Shown here: positions 58,329 to 64,000 of the stretch, in pieces | Position numbering within the stretch: the stretch's first letter is position 1 | How the letters are laid out: the number at the start of each line of letters is the position of its first letter | NCBI RefSeq assembly: GCF_001194135.2 | Contig: NC_068983.1 | Location: 137,034,764-137,098,763, forward strand | Direction of reading: 5' to 3' | Length of the DNA stretch: 64,000 bases | DNA from: Octopus bimaculoides | Lineage: Eukaryota | The notes under the pieces: model-generated | Databases searched by the model: none | What the model was told of the DNA's origin: nothing | Seen by the model: only the letters and a program-made list of their open reading frames with translations | Translations under genes and position numbers: made by a program

Positions 58329-58863
58329 TTTAACTCATTTGAATATCAGCTTATTATTAGCATTACCACATCTGCTACTGTTATTTGAGAATCCCGTGGA
58401 TTTTTACGACTGATACAGTTTACTCCTGCACAGTCCAAGAAATTTACAATTCTTTTATCACGAGATCGATTCTTCCATTATTGGTCGAACAAAGATACCT
58501 TGGTTCAGTAAATACAAACATTTCCGTCCATTATATTCTCGATAAAAATCATGATATACATCAGTATTAATAAATTTTCTTTTCTTTTCCCCCGATTAAT
58601 GAAAATAAAAACAGTCTTTTTTAACTAAAAGGTCACTCGTCATGGGACATGCAACGTAGTGAGTGTATGAGTGACCATGAAGAAAACAATGTCCCACGTC
58701 CTGAAAGATCGACATTAATAAATAGATTCCAAATATAATGTTGAAAAACAAATGATAATCCGATCAACAGCGTAGTAAATGTAATGAACAGTAAGACGGA
58801 GAAAGAAAACGGGAGAATAGCCTGCAGTTGTTGGTCATGTTATCTACAACACACACTACTCAC

Positions 58864-59030
58864 TTATCAAAGGAATCGTTACAAATATCGGCTCTTGTTT
58901 ACATCAACAAGACGTTCTCGAAACAATAAAGGCGGATATACGACAGCCAATGTCTGGCCGGATTCCCCGGCATTTTACACATATTCACGATCCTCTATTT
59001 TCCTTATATAGATTTCCGGCTCTAGACTGT
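58864..59030 (-). promoter_or_regulatory. Putative PRR5 promoter and non-coding first exon
   Basis: CpG-enriched stretch. TATATAAGG on - at about 59002-59010, ETS-like CCGGAAAT at 59012-59019, donor AA|gtgagt at 58863, and a downstream acceptor ctttcag giving an exon start at 58700. Confidence 0.4.
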
Positions 59031-59301
59031 GGTGAATAAACCACGTATCAACAGGTTGAAGAAAACATCAACAAAGACGCACAAATATAGACACGTACAG
59101 CAAATGTGTGTATGTCACGTCATGTATGTGTGTACGCGAACGTTTGTAAACAAACTACTTGCGGTTAATTTCATTTCCGTATATATCCAATATTTAATGA
59201 GTGCTGTCTGAATAACAACTAAAAACGAAAGAAAGGGTGGGGAAAAACATGACTCTGTAAAAAATATACATACATATTCAATGTGGTTATACATACACGC
59301 T

Positions 59302-59344
<43 letters not shown>

Positions 59345-59347
<3 letters not shown>

Positions 59348-59570
59348 GGAGTAAGCACATGAAATGTGCAACAAGGTGGAAAAAAGAGTACTCAAATATC
59401 AGAGGTAGAGTAATATGCTTTATTTAAAAGCAGCAGAAATATAACAAAAAAACCGTTACTCTGAGTTTCACGTTCCCGTTCATCTAACAAAACTGTCCGA
59501 TGAACGGGAACGTGAAACTCAGAGTAACGGTTTTTTCGTTATATTTCTGCTGCTTTTAAATAAAGTATAT
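59345..59570. mobile_element. Penelope-like terminal-repeat remnant arranged as an inverted repeat (67-bp arms at 59418-59484 and 59499-59565, 14-nt loop)
   Basis: Arms match at 66/67 positions; hammerhead-like core; flanked by (TA)n; AATAAA-containing tail. The PLE assignment is inferred from hammerhead plus inverted-repeat architecture. Confidence 0.55.
59489..59534 (+). ncRNA. Candidate minimal type-I hammerhead ribozyme (U4C variant), Penelope-like origin
   Basis: Stem I AAAACUGU (59489-96) / ACGGUUUU (59527-34); core CCGAUGA (59497-503); stem II ACG-GGAA-CGU; GAAA (59514-17); stem III CUC-A-GAG; GUA cleavage triplet ending at 59526. Confidence 0.65.
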
Positions 59571-60049
59571 ATATATATATACACACACATAGGTATATAT
59601 ACACATTCACGCTTCTCTGTGCGTACATTACATATATACACACACAATCACACGTACACACCATATAAAATATTAATAAATATACAATAAAATATTGTAT
59701 CTACACAATATTTAATTATATATATACAAACTAATATATTTCGACATACATATACACAGACACTAATAATAAATCANNNNNNNNNNNNNNNNNNNNNNNN
59801 NNNNNNNNNNNNNNNNNNNNNNNNNNNNNNNNNNNNNNNNNNNNNNNNNNNNNNNNNNNNNNNNNNNNNNNNNNNNCTTGGCAAAAGAGACCGATAGAAT
59901 AAGTACTAGGCTTCCAAAGAATAAGTTTTCGGGTCGATTTGCTCAACTAAAGGCAGTGCTCCAGCATGGCCACAGTCAAATGACTGAAACAAGTAAAAGA
60001 GTAAAAAGCGTAAAGAGTATACATATATACATACATATATATATGCATA

Positions 60050-60085
<36 letters not shown>

Positions 60086-60544
60086 CACACATATATACAT
60101 GTATATATATGTGTGTATATATATGTGTATATATATATGTGTGTATATACATATGTGTGTGTATATATATATATATGTGTGTATATATGTATTGACGTAT
60201 ATATATATATATATATATGAAAGTCGGAAGAAAATATTTTTATCTAATGTAAAATACAATATTAAGAATTTTTTTTATGCCCAATGTATGTAAGGGAGAC
60301 AATCAGTTTCTGTAAGCCACTTTGCAAAGTCTTACCTCCCTTCTCTAAGTAACCCCGGAATAGAGGTTTTCTGCACCCCCAGGCCCTGTTACTCATTACG
60401 TGAAAAATTTTAAGAGTCTAAAACCATCCCTGGAACGTAAGTAAATTATGTTCCCAGTTTGGGGAATGTCAGTGGAAAAATACAGCTGTCAAAATCTTTA
60501 ACACACATACAGAACAGAATTTATAATATAAATAGATATATATA

Positions 60545-61100
60545 TACATCATCGTTTAACGTCTGCCTTTCATGCTAGCATGGGTGGGATGGTTTCAGAA
60601 GAGCCGTCCATGTAGAAGCCTGCACCAGACTTCTGTGACTGTTTTTACAGCTGGAAGGCCTTCCTAACACCAAACACTCAGCCGAATGGACTTAATGCTT
60701 TTTATGTGGCACAAGCATGTGAGGTCAGTTTTGGCAAGGTTTTTACAGCTGCATGCCCTTCTGAACACCAACCACTTTACAGTGTGGAGTGGGTGCTTTT
60801 TAGTGGCATGTGCACTGATAGGGTCACCAAGTACTTGCAAGACAAAAAAAAACTTTCAAGAGGGGAGGGGACATTGGAAGAGGTGATCTTTTTTTGGATG
60901 ATGAAAGGTTATAGTGAGACAGAGGTCTTGTAGAGGAAGTACAAGGTTGCTTAGCTGGAGAGAGAGAGATCAGGATGACAGAAACAGGTGTACTACCACA
61001 AAGGAAATACACGCTTGCCCAACCTGAGGGAAGCACAGGAGAGAGAGAGGGAGGGTGGGAGACAGCAGAATGGAGATGGTGGCAAAATGCCAGGCCAACT
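60545..61100 (-). mobile_element. RTE-type long 3' UTR and tail, inverse of 27400-27800
   Basis: Homologous spurious ORFs ending PMxPPLLKVFF..STW; tail catcatcgtttaacgtctgcc. Confidence 0.8.
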
Positions 61101-62477
61101 CACAAAGGTTGCAGATCAGTAAGGTTGCCAAGTGACTTGCAAGATGCACACAATTCACAGATATATATATATTACTGAGATATTGTTTTACAACCAGATG
61201 CCCTTCCTGTTTTTCAAGTAAGGAATCTCTTATTCTACAAATCATCTGCTGGCTTTGCATCTTTAAAGACGCAATGGACAGAAGTAACATCAGCGGTTGT
61301 AGCTCAGTGATTTTTGGAGAAGCACAAATGTATATGCACACTTTCTTTCAGTTTCTGACAACTAAATCCACTCAAGGCTTTGGTTAGCCTGGTGCTACAG
61401 TAGAAGAGTTTTTATGTTTTTTAAATCAAGACAAGTTTAATTTGGATTCTTGTCTTTTGCTATTCGAGTCTGCTACTGATTGTCCGACAAAAACTATCTA
61501 CTGGCAGAGACTTTCCTAAAATGTCAAACAGATACCAGAGAGAAGTGCAGTTCACTGCAATAAGCAATATATTGAAAGTTTCATTAGTTTGCCATATGGA
61601 ATATAGCTTGGAGACAAGTGGTTAGAGTGTCAAAACAAAATGATATGCGTAAGTGACGGCCTCTTATGTTCTCAGTTCAAATTTCACTGCTGTCAGTTCA
61701 GCTTTTCATTCTTCTGGAGTCGATAAAGTAAAGCACTTCCTTTTGTGTGCCATAGATGTGAATGGAATTTTAAAGAAAAGAATCAAATTAATGTATTAGG
61801 TTAAACGTGATAAACTTCTGGTCTGTGTCAACATCTCCCAGTCTAATTTAGCGTTAGAAGTTATTGTTTACGGGTGGCACATCTCCATTACAAAATAACG
61901 AAAGCTCAGCAATCATTCAATTATATTTCCAACTTGTCGAGTAGGAACTGAATGAATTTAAAATTGATAACCCTCTCTTTCTTTCTCTTTTTGTGTTATA
62001 GTAAACGTGGGAACTGTAACGTAATGGAAGAGAAGACAAGCACCTTCCATTGCAATGTTCTTAAAATGCGTACCTATTTCCTATCTTTTACTTGTTTTAG
62101 TCATTAGACTGCAGCCATGCTGGGGCAGTCTTGAATAATTTCAAAAGTGTAGTAAATCTAACAGCAAGTCAGCTGGATGAATTGTAATTCTTTAAGGAGG
62201 TTTTTAAAACACTTCCTTCCTTCAGTTCTGCTGGTCCTGCAGCAGTGAACTGTAACTACCCAAGAGTACAGCCAAATGAAGTAGGTCGGCAAGATTGACC
62301 TGCTAAGTGGTGTTCGTGGAAACAGTGTATACGACAAAACTTTAGTAAACTGACACTTATTTGAGCAGCAGCTGCAACTAAATTCAGTTAACGCATGAGC
62401 CAGCGAAGTAACCACTTTGTAGTAAATTAGACTCGCTAGAACTAGCAGCTGAATCACAAACAACAATCTTAAAGATA

Positions 62478-63730
62478 TTAGGTTGTCAAGAAAGTTCTTG
62501 CAGTTTTTAACCTTTAAATTCAGATGCACATATCTCTGCTCAAACAAAACTTTATTAATCAAAATAAACACCATCAGAATCAACACACTTTTGCCAACGT
62601 AAAACAAGTTTATTTATGCCAGTAGCTGCATTCTGGTGGCAATGAAGTCGTTGAAGTAGTGTTTGGCATCATCTTAGTTTTTGAAGCCTTTCTCATGCAG
62701 GAAGTTATCGAAATGCTTGAAAAAGTGGTAGTCAGTAGGGGAGAGGTCTGCAAAGTATGGCAGATGAGGCAGAGTTTCGTAGCCCAATTCATTCAACTTT
62801 TGCAGGGTCAGTTGTGCAACGTGCAGCTGAGCATTGTCATGGAGAAGAATTGGTGCTTTTCTATTGACCAATGCTGGCTGTTGTAGGAGTTTCTTATGTA
62901 TTTCATCCATTTGCTGACAGTACTTCTACACCATAATGGTTTCACCTGGATCCAAAAAGCTGTGATGGATGAGACTAGCCACAGACTACCAAACAGTCAC
63001 CATGACCTTCTTTTGCTGCAACTTTGGCTTTGGGAAGTGGTGTGGCGTTTCGTCGACATCCAACCACTGAGCTGAGTGTCGCCGGTTGTCGTAACGAATC
63101 CACTTTTCATCGCAAGTCACAATCTGGTCAAGAAATGGGTCATTCTTGTTGCGTAAAAGAAGGGAAGACGACACTTCAAAACGGCATTTTTTTGGTTGGC
63201 GTTCAATTCGTGCAGCACCCATTTCTCAGGTATTTTTGTTTTTCCAATCTCTTTCAAGTGGCTGGAAATTGGTGTATACATTATGTCTAATTCAGAAGCA
63301 AGCTCTCAAACAGTTTTGCATGGATTGGCTTCCACTAAGGCTCTTAGTTGATCGTTGTCAACCACTACATGTATTATCTTCAAGACTCTCGTCATCGCTA
63401 CTAAATTTCTTGAACTACCATTATGCTGTACGTGCATTAGTGGTTCCTGGGCCAAATGCATCATTGATATCGCAAGCTGTTTCAACAGCTTTTTGGCTTA
63501 GCTTGAACTGGAATAAGAAAATTGTGCGAATTTGCTTTTTGTCCATGTATTGAACGTTCCGGAAAAAATGGCCTAATTATTCAAAAAGAAAGAGTAACAC
63601 AATAAGATAGAGCAAAAAAACGGTCTTTAAAATGATATATAAAGTCAAAGTAATTTAACGAAAATTAATTTGAAAATACATCATTTAAAACCAAAATTAA
63701 AAATTCCGCAAGAACTTTATTTCATAAAAT
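62478..63730 (-). mobile_element. Near-full-length mariner (cecropia/Hsmar1-like) with a pseudogenised transposase (ATG 63546, stop 62555)
   Basis: Left end TA|ttaggttgtcaagaaagttcttgcagtttt; degraded inverse copy near 63700-63730. Motifs MDKKQIR, IVTCDEKWIRYDNRR, KKVMVTVW, ILLHDNA, YFADLSPTDYHFF; in-frame stops and frameshifts. Confidence 0.92.
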
Positions 63731-64000
63731 TTGCCACAAGGGCAGTACAAAGATAGAAGCAATGCAGGCTGGACAGAAACACAAACGAGGTGAAATGATA
63801 ACAAAATATGATATTGATGAGAGGAGCAACGACATCCGCCGATCGATTGCCCCTCGAAAACACTGTTCTTTTTTTTAAACAGTCATAATCACATAAATTG
63901 AAGTGCTAGGCTTCATTGTCCATGATTCCCTATCAGGTCCCTTGCTGCCTGCAGGCAATCCTGCAGCTCCACTTCAGGGACCCAAAACAGAAAATTGTAT

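Overview
AT-rich, gapped eukaryotic genomic DNA. The microsatellite load, RTE-LINE/SINE content and gene sequences look like an octopod cephalopod; the species is inferred, not proven. Two protein-coding genes converge tail-to-tail. (1) The last three coding exons of a probable SUPT20H/Spt20 (SAGA) gene on + (284-5079). (2) A near-complete PRR5/PRR5L (Protor, mTORC2) gene on - (about 58980 to 13890), which I rebuilt exon by exon from splice signals, phase matching and remembered homology. One expected PRR5 exon is missing and probably lies in the N-gap at 36202-36726. Introns and intergenic DNA hold decayed RTE and CR1/L2-type LINEs, several tRNA-derived SINE families (two with clear TSDs), an Hsmar1-like mariner, a fold-back mariner derivative, a Helentron/DINE-like element and Penelope-like terminal repeats. 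The most notable signal is a 67-bp-arm palindrome about 0.5 kb upstream of the putative PRR5 promoter that contains a complete minimal type-I hammerhead-ribozyme fold with a U4C core variant. Also notable: a possible frame-switching cassette exon acting on a last exon with two open frames, a PHD finger inside the RTE ORF, and arrays of stem-conserved hairpins in RTE 3' UTRs. All homology calls are from memory; no searches were run.
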